Positions 55,443 through 63,877 of a DNA stretch of 64,000 nt are shown in pieces. The notes beneath the pieces are model-generated. The model was not told the DNA's origin, made no database searches, and worked only from the letters and a program-made list of their open reading frames with translations. The position numbers were made by a program, and so were the translations under genes. Each line of letters begins with the position of its first letter. Positions within the stretch are counted from its first letter, which is position 1. Source of the DNA: an uncultured bacterium (GTDB taxonomy: Bacteria; Bacillota_I; Bacilli_A; RF39; UBA660); assembly GCA_946560065.1 (NCBI GenBank), contig CAMNUE010000002.1, positions 78,950 through 142,949 of the forward strand, in the 5' to 3' direction.

Positions 55443-55471
55443 AATATACCATATTTTAATGTTCTTGACAA
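55443..55471 (-). promoter_or_regulatory. sigma-A-type promoter with extended -10
   Basis: TTGTCA-N17-TATATT, with TGG immediately 5' of the -10. Confidence 0.6.
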
Positions 55472-55505
55472 TACCTATGCTTGTTGCCCTCCAATTTGTT
55501 AAAAA

Positions 55506-55518
55506 GGAACTGAGTTCC
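55506..55518. repeat. GGAACTNAGTTCC palindrome, copy 9
   Basis: aaaaaGGAACTGAGTTCCtttt, 2 nt after the stop at 55521. Confidence 0.9.
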
Positions 55519-55520
55519 TT

Positions 55521-56480
55521 TTACCAATCCATCTCATAGTCGTCTTCTATTTCAATATCAAGAGATGCTTCTTCGTTGTTCTGTTTCTCTTCATTTAAAA
55601 GTTCTATTGATTCCTCAAACACTCCAAACGTCTCTTGGTCTCTCTCATTAGAATAATCAACACCCTGCTTTAAATTCTCCCCTTTTGTTATTTCCATTGT
55701 TTTTGACATAATCCCTAATCCTGCGGTTACAATGTCTGGGCTTCCCTGAATGATTTCTTCAATATCATTTAGAAACGAATCACCAAAGCTATGTTCCTGC
55801 TGTGGATTACATTTAATCATTGATGGATCATGTACTTCGATTTTAACTTTCGATTCTTGAATACGAGGAATATCATCAGTATCACCTCGACCTTTTGCAA
55901 TAGCAAGTGCCCTCTCTTTCATTGATTCAAATTCTAAGGCATTAAAATAATTACATTTCGAAATATTCGAATTGTAAAAATGTTCGATAAAATAGTTTGT
56001 TCCGCCATGATTGTGACCTAATCCAAAAGTTATGACAACATATCGTGGTTCTGATATTTGTTCATAGATTACACCATCAATCATTACATACCGATTCAAT
56101 TTTTCTTCCAAAAATTTCATTGCTTTTTCTTGTGTATGAAATTGTTTCCCCATATAGGCGAGTTCACTGTTGATTGAACGACTTAAATCATCTATGCTTG
56201 ATTTTTCTAATATCAGTGCCCCAGCTCGTTCTTTCATTTCAATATACAAATTTTCTTTATCAGTCAAATATTCCGTTTCAACAATTCCAAACTGGCTTTC
56301 TCCATCTTCTCCAAGATATGATTGATAGTCATGTATTTTGAGAGCTAAAGAAAAATCATCACGTTTTTTTTCCTTTAATTCAGCTTGCACAACTTCCTCG
56401 ACTTGCCGTTGTCGTGGAATACGATGTCTTTTACTTGGCAAATATTCTTCTTCATAAACAATAACCGCATCAAATTTCAT
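55521..56480 (-). CDS. hypothetical protein
   Basis: Trimmed to ATG 56480, because the ORF-track start 56519 lies inside a terminator hairpin. Ends IEDDYEMDW. Confidence 0.6.
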   Translation of the reverse strand: MKFDAVIVYEEEYLPSKRHRIPRQRQVEEVVQAELKEKKRDDFSLALKIHDYQSYLGEDGESQFGIVETEYLTDKENLYIEMKERAGALILEKSSIDDLSRSINSELAYMGKQFHTQEKAMKFLEEKLNRYVMIDGVIYEQISEPRYVVITFGLGHNHGGTNYFIEHFYNSNISKCNYFNALEFESMKERALAIAKGRGDTDDIPRIQESKVKIEVHDPSMIKCNPQQEHSFGDSFLNDIEEIIQGSPDIVTAGLGIMSKTMEITKGENLKQGVDYSNERDQETFGVFEESIELLNEEKQNNEEASLDIEIEDDYEMDW

Positions 56481-56499
56481 TTCTATTTTCACCGTCCTT

Positions 56500-56536
56500 A
56501 AAAAAGAAAGACCATCCATTTCTGAATGATCTTTCT
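56500..56536 (-). terminator. terminator/attenuator hairpin homologous to 55231-55260
   Basis: AGAAAGAUCAUUC-AGAA-AUGGAUGGUCUUUCU followed by U6. It shares the core UCAU(A/U)CAGAAAUG(U/G)AUGG. Confidence 0.6.
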
Positions 56537-56714
56537 ATGTTTTTACTTTCGCAATCCTATTTTTCGTACTGTGGAGACTCAGCCCACCAATCTTGCAGGA
56601 TTTCATCAAGAGTTGTGGGGAAAACTCTTGATGAAAAAAGCTTCTATCCCCTAGTTTATTCGGAAGGAGAGTTATAAAATGGAAAACTATTTCTTAGTTT
56701 CTCTTATAAAAAAA

Positions 56715-56727
56715 GGAACTGGGTTCC
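56715..56727. repeat. GGAACTNAGTTCC palindrome, copy 10 (variant GGAACTGGGTTCC)
   Basis: aaaaaGGAACTGGGTTCCctttt, in the leader of 55521..56480. Confidence 0.7.
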
Positions 56728-56780
56728 CTTTTCTAAAATAAGAATAATTGAATATCCCCTTACAATTATTCCATGTTATC

Positions 56781-56808
56781 ATTTTAGCACGTTTCACTGT
56801 GTAATCAA
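56781..56808 (-). promoter_or_regulatory. sigma-A-type promoter (conserved pair, copy 2)
   Basis: TTGATT-N16-TGcTAAAAT, preceded by GATTGCAC. Confidence 0.6.
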
Positions 56809-56833
56809 AGTGCAATCATATTCAGTTGATTCT

Positions 56834-57454
56834 CTATTTTCCATTTGGAAGAACCTCTTCCATGGTTCTCAATTCTGCATATTCTTCTTCGGAATAAGAT
56901 ATTCTTCGTATGTGTTTTTTCTTTCTGGAATACTCAAAAACTTTTTTCAAATGAAGCACTGGTGTCAGGAAGATTACAAGAAAAATTCCGCCAAACACAA
57001 TAATCGCCAGTACAATCTGCCAGGTCTTCGGATCAGCACCATCAAACTGTGCAAACGGTAACATAGTGACAAAGAAAGCAAGAACGCCTACAATTACTCC
57101 CCCTGTCAAAATACAGTATATTAACCACATCAACATTTCGCCAGTTACAATAAAAGCTGCTATTTCCATCCAGATTCCATTTACTTCCACGTCGTATCCG
57201 AACTTGTACTTAAAAATCCATCCACAAACGAAAAAGCCAATCAAAAGTAATGAATGAACAAATGTTTTCCAAATATGATGAAAAATCTTTTCATCCAACT
57301 TCTCTTCCTGCTCATCACACCAATAATTATTATCTTCTTTTCGTTTCAATTTCTTTTTTCGATTGATGAGCGCATAATTTGGACACCCGCATCTTGGACA
57401 TTGTGCAGAGTGCTGACTTAATGTATAACCACATTCTGGACATTGTAATAACAT
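56834..57454 (-). CDS. zinc-ribbon polytopic membrane protein
   Basis: N-terminal CPECG..CPRCGC, then 4-5 hydrophobic helices. Confidence 0.55.
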   Translation of the reverse strand: MLLQCPECGYTLSQHSAQCPRCGCPNYALINRKKKLKRKEDNNYWCDEQEEKLDEKIFHHIWKTFVHSLLLIGFFVCGWIFKYKFGYDVEVNGIWMEIAAFIVTGEMLMWLIYCILTGGVIVGVLAFFVTMLPFAQFDGADPKTWQIVLAIIVFGGIFLVIFLTPVLHLKKVFEYSRKKKHIRRISYSEEEYAELRTMEEVLPNGK

Positions 57455-57468
57455 GTTTTTCTCCTATT

Positions 57469-58557
57469 CTACCTCTTTCCTGCTTCCAGATCTTCAACGC
57501 TTAGGTGTTTCTCTGTCCAGCTTTCCAAAACTTTTTCTATGTAATTCAAATCTATTTTATTATATACAACTGCTTCATTCAATGCACAAATAACACGTCT
57601 TTCATCGTATTTACAGCATAATCTTTCAATTTTCTCAATTTCATCTACACTCATCAATCTTTTCCATTCACTATCAAAAGCATGAAGCAGATCATCAGTA
57701 ATCTTCTCAGAAGTGTAATGTTCTCTATAATCACCTGTAATTATATTTTCTTGATTTTTAAAATAACAAGAAATTTCGATTCTCACAACCTTCTTTTTTA
57801 CTCTTTTTGGCGTATACGAAAACGTAATGTTCGTTTTTTCATTAATTTCCTTTTTTACTTTTTTTAAAACAAGGTCATTAAATCGCTTGTATTCACTATA
57901 AGATTTTTCCACACACTCTAAAATATCCTTTTTTAAAGTTGCCACATCTATACTCCATTCACTAGGTAAATGATGATTCAATAAATAAAGATACATTTTA
58001 TACGAATATACACTTTTTAAATTAACAACATATCTAAGGCGATATTTTATATATTGGTAACCTTTTATATCAAAAAACATCTCTTTAATGACTGGGGATG
58101 CGTAATTACATATCATTTTTATAATTTCATCCTCATCCGAATATGAAGTTTCTGAAAATAATGGAATCACTATTACTTCCTTATCATCTGTTATAGTAAA
58201 TTTTCCCTCAGCAAAATGTTCTAAATGTTTTTGAATTTGAGCAATTCTAACTTTTGAATTGATTCCTAAAATTTCGCAATACTCCTCTTTAGAAAATTCC
58301 ACTGTAGCACATTTTCTTATAAACTCATCCCTCTCTTTTAATAGAGAGAGGCTAAAATCTTTACGCATTTTTTCATCCGTAATTTTATCTAATTCCTTCA
58401 TCTTTTCTACAGTCTTTTCTTCTACTTCCCTAATCGCCATAGGATTTATTTTGGATAAATATATATCCAACAATTTATATTCTGAAAGACTCAATCCAGA
58501 TTTTGTTATAGCTAACAAACCTTTGGATTTTGATACTTGATAATTTTCTTTTAACAT
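57469..58557 (-). CDS. rep: plasmid replication initiator (Rep_3/RepB-like N-terminus, DnaD/DnaB-like C-terminus)
   Basis: Trimmed to ATG 58557 (AGGAG 7 nt upstream). LAITKSGLSLSEYKLLDIYLSKINP. C-terminal NYIEKVLESWTEKHLSVEDL. Iterons lie immediately upstream. Confidence 0.75.
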   Translation of the reverse strand: MLKENYQVSKSKGLLAITKSGLSLSEYKLLDIYLSKINPMAIREVEEKTVEKMKELDKITDEKMRKDFSLSLLKERDEFIRKCATVEFSKEEYCEILGINSKVRIAQIQKHLEHFAEGKFTITDDKEVIVIPLFSETSYSDEDEIIKMICNYASPVIKEMFFDIKGYQYIKYRLRYVVNLKSVYSYKMYLYLLNHHLPSEWSIDVATLKKDILECVEKSYSEYKRFNDLVLKKVKKEINEKTNITFSYTPKRVKKKVVRIEISCYFKNQENIITGDYREHYTSEKITDDLLHAFDSEWKRLMSVDEIEKIERLCCKYDERRVICALNEAVVYNKIDLNYIEKVLESWTEKHLSVEDLEAGKR

Positions 58558-58641
58558 ATGAATACTCCTGTTTACAAAATAACAATAGCATAAAGGCCAT
58601 AGTGAATCAACATACATTATGACTTTTAATAAAAATTCATA

Positions 58642-58747
58642 GGAACAACTCTATGTCTTTTTGGAACAACTCTATGTCTTTTTGGAACATCTCTATGTCT
58701 TTTTGGAACATTGCTATGACCTTTCTGGAACATCGCTATGACTTTTA
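58642..58747. repeat. five tandem 21-22 bp iterons (probable oriV)
   Basis: ggaacaactctatgtcttttt x2, then ggaacatctctatgtcttttt, ggaacattgctatgacctttct and ggaacatcgctatgactttta. Starts at 58642, 58663, 58684, 58705 and 58727. Confidence 0.85.
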
Positions 58748-58811
58748 AATCACACAATCTGTAATATTACACTTTATATAAAGCAAATATCAAATCACAT
58801 AATTAAGCCCT

Positions 58812-58856
58812 AAACAAGATATATAAACAAGATATATAAACAAGATATAAACAAGT
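58812..58856. repeat. AT-rich short tandem repeats next to the iterons
   Basis: aaacaagatatat x2, then aaacaagatat, then aaacaagtat. Confidence 0.7.
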
Positions 58857-58992
58857 ATTCCTTTATGCACGCAGGAAAAAAATTTTCAACTTTCTGTTTT
58901 TGAAATTATTTTATATCTCATCAAAATATAAAAATTTCTTTTTGAGATTTCAAAACATTCTTACCTCAAAATAACAAAACACTCCAAAAAAG

Positions 58993-59135
58993 GATTCTAA
59001 GATGAATCTGTATCTTAGTATATGTTTACTCATCTTTTTCTATTTTGTTGAAATTCAACCCCTTTTTGTGCGTTTTAGGAAGAATTATATGTAAAAGAAA
59101 AAGCACTGAAACAAATATTATGTCTCAATGCTTTT
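58993..59135. repeat. ~145-bp dispersed repeat, copy 1 (includes a terminator)
   Basis: Homologous to 60800-60946. Shared core tttactcat.tttttctatt..gt.gaaatt.aacc and the hairpin gca.tgaaac...gtctcaatgc. Confidence 0.7.
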
Positions 59136-59165
59136 CGTTGATAGTTTTCTTTGTATTGTCAATAC

Positions 59166-59675
59166 TTAGCCTGTGATTGTTGCAGATCCAGTAATTACTG
59201 TAGTACCAAATCCTGATTGATAACCACAGAACGCAACAGCATATTTATGGGATGTGTTCAAATTGGCAACCTGGAATCCACCAGAAAGCCCAGTTGTTTC
59301 TGCAACCCATGTTCCAGTCGTCATATCATAAACGGCAATTCTAGCTGGATCGCCGTTGTTAGAACTGAAACTATATGAAATTCTTATAGCTCTACTTGAC
59401 GATACTTTGAAATATACATTTGTATAAAGCCAATTTCGTGTTGCACGTTCAATATTTGCCTTATATGATTGTTTGGATAAATCCAGACCAGATGTCGGCA
59501 ATGATGTAGAACGAGTCATACCATTCAACGTTTCTTCTACAATTTCCATACCATCTGTGCTCATTTGAATAACATCTGTTTGTTCCTGATCCAGTGTCAT
59601 TGCAGAAACAGGAATCATAGTAGGAAATGCTAAAAATGCGGATAATAAAGCTGGTAAAACGATTCTCTTTTTCAT
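59166..59675 (-). CDS. secreted protein, unknown function
   Basis: Trimmed to ATG 59675. Signal peptide MKKRIVLPALLSAFLAFPTMIPVSA. Confidence 0.6.
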   Translation of the reverse strand: MKKRIVLPALLSAFLAFPTMIPVSAMTLDQEQTDVIQMSTDGMEIVEETLNGMTRSTSLPTSGLDLSKQSYKANIERATRNWLYTNVYFKVSSSRAIRISYSFSSNNGDPARIAVYDMTTGTWVAETTGLSGGFQVANLNTSHKYAVAFCGYQSGFGTTVITGSATITG

Positions 59676-59722
59676 AATGTCTACTCTACTTTCTTTTTCA
59701 TTTAGAAAACTATCAACCAAAA

Positions 59723-60622
59723 CTATATTAACCTTAATCGCTTATTGGTAAACAGAACATACGTCATCATACTACCAATAAAGTTAAGGAGAATATCATC
59801 CACATCAAATACACCATAACCAGTTACTAATTGAATGCCTTCTTTAAATAAGATAATCAAGAACAGCAAAGCAATATATCTTTTTAATGAAAATTTTCTT
59901 GAACATAATATTGGAATGAATAATGCAAGCGGCATAAATAAGCAAAGATTGGGAAGTATATCAAGCAAAACATTTTGTAGTGATTGACTTCCTGTAATAA
60001 GCCAATTAAATTTTTCACCCAATGTATTGAAAGGAATAAAATTATTTTCGTAAGTTATAGGTGATTTGCTAGTAACATTAAATACGCCCGTATAAAACAG
60101 CGTTGAAATCAAAGCAATACAATAGATAATAAACAGAACAAAACAAACTACTTTTTTTATTTGTTTATTTGAATTCATTTTAATAAAAATTATAGCCGAT
60201 GTAAACAAAAATATTGAGCTGATTAGAACAATTTCTATCCGAATCATAGAAATAATCAATGAATAGCTTAATAATCCTAGCGAAAATATCAAACATCCTA
60301 AAAATAATAAGCAAGTCAAGATCTTCGAGAAGGTAATTCTCTTTTCTTTATTAGTATAAAGCATAAGCCCATTTAAAGTTATTTCTTCTGACCTCTTTGC
60401 CGTCATATTTTCAATTCTTTCACCAGCCAAAAGTTCTTGAATGCTCACCTCTAAAATTCTACTTAAATCGACCAGCAACGACACATCAGGAATTCCTAAT
60501 CCTCTCTCCCATTTTGAAACTGCCTGTTCAGTAATTTCTAAACTTTTAGCCAATTGTTTCTGAGTCATATTTTTTTCTTTTCTTTTTGTCAATATAAATT
60601 TTCCTATTTTTTGACAATCCAT
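59723..60622 (-). CDS. XRE-type HTH fused to a polytopic VanZ-like membrane domain
   Basis: Trimmed to ATG 60622. MTQKQLAKSLEITEQAVSKWERGLGIPDVSLLVDLSRILEVSIQELL. At least 5 TMs. C-terminal VFDVDDILLNFIGSMMTY. Confidence 0.65.
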   Translation of the reverse strand: MDCQKIGKFILTKRKEKNMTQKQLAKSLEITEQAVSKWERGLGIPDVSLLVDLSRILEVSIQELLAGERIENMTAKRSEEITLNGLMLYTNKEKRITFSKILTCLLFLGCLIFSLGLLSYSLIISMIRIEIVLISSIFLFTSAIIFIKMNSNKQIKKVVCFVLFIIYCIALISTLFYTGVFNVTSKSPITYENNFIPFNTLGEKFNWLITGSQSLQNVLLDILPNLCLFMPLALFIPILCSRKFSLKRYIALLFLIILFKEGIQLVTGYGVFDVDDILLNFIGSMMTYVLFTNKRLRLI

Positions 60623-60799
60623 ATCATCATCTCCCAATTCGAGTGTATATGTTTATTACTATTATATCAATAAACTATCCGTTTAGTTTTATAAATTATT
60701 CCATTTTGTCACCACAAATTTTTTGGGAATATGAAAATTCAAACTTATGCTTTAAAACTATCGTCATTCTACAGAATAATCAAAAAACATCCTAGAAAT

Positions 60800-60946
60800 G
60801 ATTCTAAGACAATTCTACAATCCGATATATATTTACTCATATTTTTCTATTTCGTCGAAATTTAACCACTTTCTGTGCGTGATACAGGTTCTTGTAGGCA
60901 CAAGAAAAAGCATTGAAACAAATTCTATGTCTCAATGCTTTTTTTA
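60800..60946. repeat. ~145-bp dispersed repeat, copy 2
   Basis: See 58993-59135. Confidence 0.7.
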
Positions 60947-60956
60947 CCAACAATTT

Positions 60957-61871
60957 TTATCCAAAAAGTTCTTCACCAAAACTGTATGAAAGCTCTATCC
61001 CCTGCATCTGATCGTATTTTGATTTTACAGAACTTGCAAAATCCAAGACATTTCCATATCCCTTGTCACTGAATGTATAGTTTTTAGATTCGGAAAGTGT
61101 AACATTCGACTGGGCATGCTGGTAGGTTCCACTAATTTTGAAAGGATCAGCACCTGAAATAAATACGACAGTCATTGAATTTTCCAATGAAGATGTTACA
61201 GAATCCACAATGTTCATTGAAATGCCAATTCCGCCTTTTCCAGTAAAGGAAGAAGAAATTTTTGTATTATCACTATTCTTATCGTAATTTACATAGTTTC
61301 CATCCCATTTTTGATAACCGCTAATAGTTGATGTACTGACATTCACGGTCATTGAATTGGAACCTGGTCTTAATGCGATTACATCATACGATTTGGTGGA
61401 AGGAATCGAAAGCCAAGTATTTGTCAAGGTTACAACTTTCTGTGAAGCATATCCATTCGCAATAACCTGCATATGAAGTCGTTTCATATTTGTTTGATGA
61501 GTTCCGTTCCAACTATAGGTGGTAATCTCATCATCGCCAAAATTCAAGGCTTCCGCTTCTGACACCTCAGTTTCTACCTGATCAACAAGAGTTCCATCGT
61601 TATCATAATAAGTATCAATTCTGATATAAGATTCTTTCTCGGTCTTTTTTAAATTTGTCTCGTCTTTTACAAGATCAATCGTTTCTGGTGTCATAGTATA
61701 AAGTGTATCTTCACTGAATACCTGTGATAACCTATCATATTGTTCTTCTGTCAAAACTGCACCATTCATATTGGTATAGAAGGCAAGCGTTGTTTCCTGG
61801 GCTGAAATCGGTGTTGGCAACAACATCAATGACAAAAGCATAGAAATGATAGTTTTTTTAGTTTTTTTCAT
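60957..61871 (-). CDS. secreted protein, unknown function
   Basis: Trimmed to ATG 61871. Signal peptide MKKTKKTIISMLLSLMLLPTPISAQE. Confidence 0.6.
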   Translation of the reverse strand: MKKTKKTIISMLLSLMLLPTPISAQETTLAFYTNMNGAVLTEEQYDRLSQVFSEDTLYTMTPETIDLVKDETNLKKTEKESYIRIDTYYDNDGTLVDQVETEVSEAEALNFGDDEITTYSWNGTHQTNMKRLHMQVIANGYASQKVVTLTNTWLSIPSTKSYDVIALRPGSNSMTVNVSTSTISGYQKWDGNYVNYDKNSDNTKISSSFTGKGGIGISMNIVDSVTSSLENSMTVVFISGADPFKISGTYQHAQSNVTLSESKNYTFSDKGYGNVLDFASSVKSKYDQMQGIELSYSFGEELFG

Positions 61872-62089
61872 AAAATAGGCGGAGCAGATACACATGGATT
61901 TTCATGTTCGGAAACTCCCTTTTCTCCTTGATCGTACCTCTTTCTTCCTTGTTAAAACATCTTATTTCTTTCTCCAATTTTTTAGAATTTATCACCTCGC
62001 TGTTTCATGGATAAATCTTGGAAAGCTTTCTTATAGTTTGATTGTAACATACATCAATATCATTCACTAGAGCAATTATGAAAACGTTT

Positions 62090-62764
62090 TCAATTCTTTT
62101 GTCGGAAATAAAAGTAAACCGTGTCCTCATTAAAAAAATGGTTAGCAGTTATTTCAACATGATAAACGCCTTTTTTCTGAATATAAGGAAATATATCATT
62201 AATATATTTTCCACTATATACAGTTTCATAGGGATTTGATGTTCTCGTAATTATCATTTTTGTATATCTTGTATCTTTATTTTTCTTCATATCTTGTTCA
62301 TTGTTTTTGCATTCAACCTGAGTTTCATTGATATAACAACTATACGAAGAAATGTCTATGACATATTTGTCCGATCCATCTGCAAAAAAGTTATGTCCTC
62401 TTTCATCGCCGACAATATCGCTATTTCCTAAACAATAACTATTGAAATTGACTAGAAATGGGATTATAGGAATTTTATGCCTTACGGTATGTGATGTTCC
62501 TACCTGCTCGCCGTTTACTGTCAATTTATAATATCTTGCTTTGGAAGGCGGATAGCCAAGTACATTGTATAGTTCTATTGTTCCAAAGAATATTTTTATA
62601 ACCGCCACAACAATAACGATAACAATACCGATTCTTATAATTTTCTTTTTGCGTTCTGCCCTTATTTCTTGATTCGTTTTTAACATTTCTACCAATGCTT
62701 CCTGTTTCATCTTTTCGATTTCTTCTTGATTGGGCATCATCTTTGAACTATTATGATTTTTCAA
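62090..62764 (-). CDS. single-pass membrane protein, unknown function
   Basis: TM IIRIGIVIVIVVAVIKIFFG after a charged N-terminus. Confidence 0.55.
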   Translation of the reverse strand: MKNHNSSKMMPNQEEIEKMKQEALVEMLKTNQEIRAERKKKIIRIGIVIVIVVAVIKIFFGTIELYNVLGYPPSKARYYKLTVNGEQVGTSHTVRHKIPIIPFLVNFNSYCLGNSDIVGDERGHNFFADGSDKYVIDISSYSCYINETQVECKNNEQDMKKNKDTRYTKMIITRTSNPYETVYSGKYINDIFPYIQKKGVYHVEITANHFFNEDTVYFYFRQKN

Positions 62765-62921
62765 ACAATCACCTCATTCTACGATCATATAATGATACAA
62801 CTTTATACTATTGTACTACTTTTTTGGTATTTAAGATAGAATGTATTAGAAAATATACATAATGAATGCCATTTCAGTGTAAAGAAAAAAAAGAGAGGTA
62901 TTCCTCTCTGATGTAGATATT

Positions 62922-63410
62922 TCAAGATAATTCTTCATAAAGATTATGTATGGAAAGATTAAAAGTGTATGTTTTTTTAATAATGAAAACTACATTATGA
63001 GACCACTCTGCAACGTAGTAGTAAGCTCTGGGCATAATGTTATACACAGTCCTTCTTGACACTTTCAAGCGATCTGCTATTTCCTGGATCGTATTTTCAT
63101 CCAGGTATTTGTATTTTAAAAAATTTCCTGCGTGTTCGTCAATCTCGATCACATCATCAACCAATTTCATAAAACGGGAAACCTGATCGTCTTCTAACTC
63201 TAATCGGTTCAAGTAACTAGATTCTGTGCCGTTTCCATTTTTTGAATCACTACTCACTTGTATAAAACTTCCTGATTTTATCAGTGAACGATTCAAAAGT
63301 TTCAATCGTTTTTGTAATAGCGGTGCATAATCTTCGCATACTTTTTCACCTTTTTTTTGCGTCGCTTCGACATCAATATTACAATCGAATAAGTTAATTG
63401 TATCTTTCAT
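62922..63410 (-). CDS. sigma-70 region-4-like HTH regulator
   Basis: C-terminal NTIQEIADRLKVSRRTVYNIMPRAYYYV. Confidence 0.5.
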   Translation of the reverse strand: MKDTINLFDCNIDVEATQKKGEKVCEDYAPLLQKRLKLLNRSLIKSGSFIQVSSDSKNGNGTESSYLNRLELEDDQVSRFMKLVDDVIEIDEHAGNFLKYKYLDENTIQEIADRLKVSRRTVYNIMPRAYYYVAEWSHNVVFIIKKTYTFNLSIHNLYEELS

Positions 63411-63442
63411 TTTGCACCTGCCTCTCAGATAATATCGAAAAT

Positions 63443-63853
63443 TTATTTAAAGAAATCGTAATCTGCCGAATAAAGAATCATAATTCTATTTTCATTCCGC
63501 ATATAAACAAAATAATGGAGTTTAACGTCTTCCAGACCTTGATTGAAATCACTGTTCAATTCTTCCATAAACTCGTTATATCTTGACAGCCACATTTCTT
63601 CATCCCAAGTAGGTCTTTGCTCAGAAAAATAAACACGTAATTTTGTGAAAGTCTCACACGCCAGTTCATTCATTGCATGTTCCTTGAAACTTCTGGCATT
63701 CTTATCATCCGAAAAATACTTATAACTGCCATCCATAAAAATGAGATTGCGTGGTTTCATCGCATATTCCACACACATCCTTACGGAATTCCAGGCAGTT
63801 AATTTCCACCCCGCTGCATTTTCATCTAAAACATCTCTTACATCTTTAAACAT
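63443..63853 (-). CDS. hypothetical protein
   Basis: 136 aa with AAGGAAAGGAAA RBS region. Confidence 0.55.
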   Translation of the reverse strand: MFKDVRDVLDENAAGWKLTAWNSVRMCVEYAMKPRNLIFMDGSYKYFSDDKNARSFKEHAMNELACETFTKLRVYFSEQRPTWDEEMWLSRYNEFMEELNSDFNQGLEDVKLHYFVYMRNENRIMILYSADYDFFK

Positions 63854-63877
63854 AACAATTTTCCTTTCCTTATTTTA

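Noticed and set aside
58642-58747. Possible CRISPR array (regularly spaced direct repeats).
   Set aside because: The repeats are contiguous with a 21-22 bp period and no spacers, they degenerate progressively, and they lie directly upstream of a Rep gene. They are iterons, not CRISPR.
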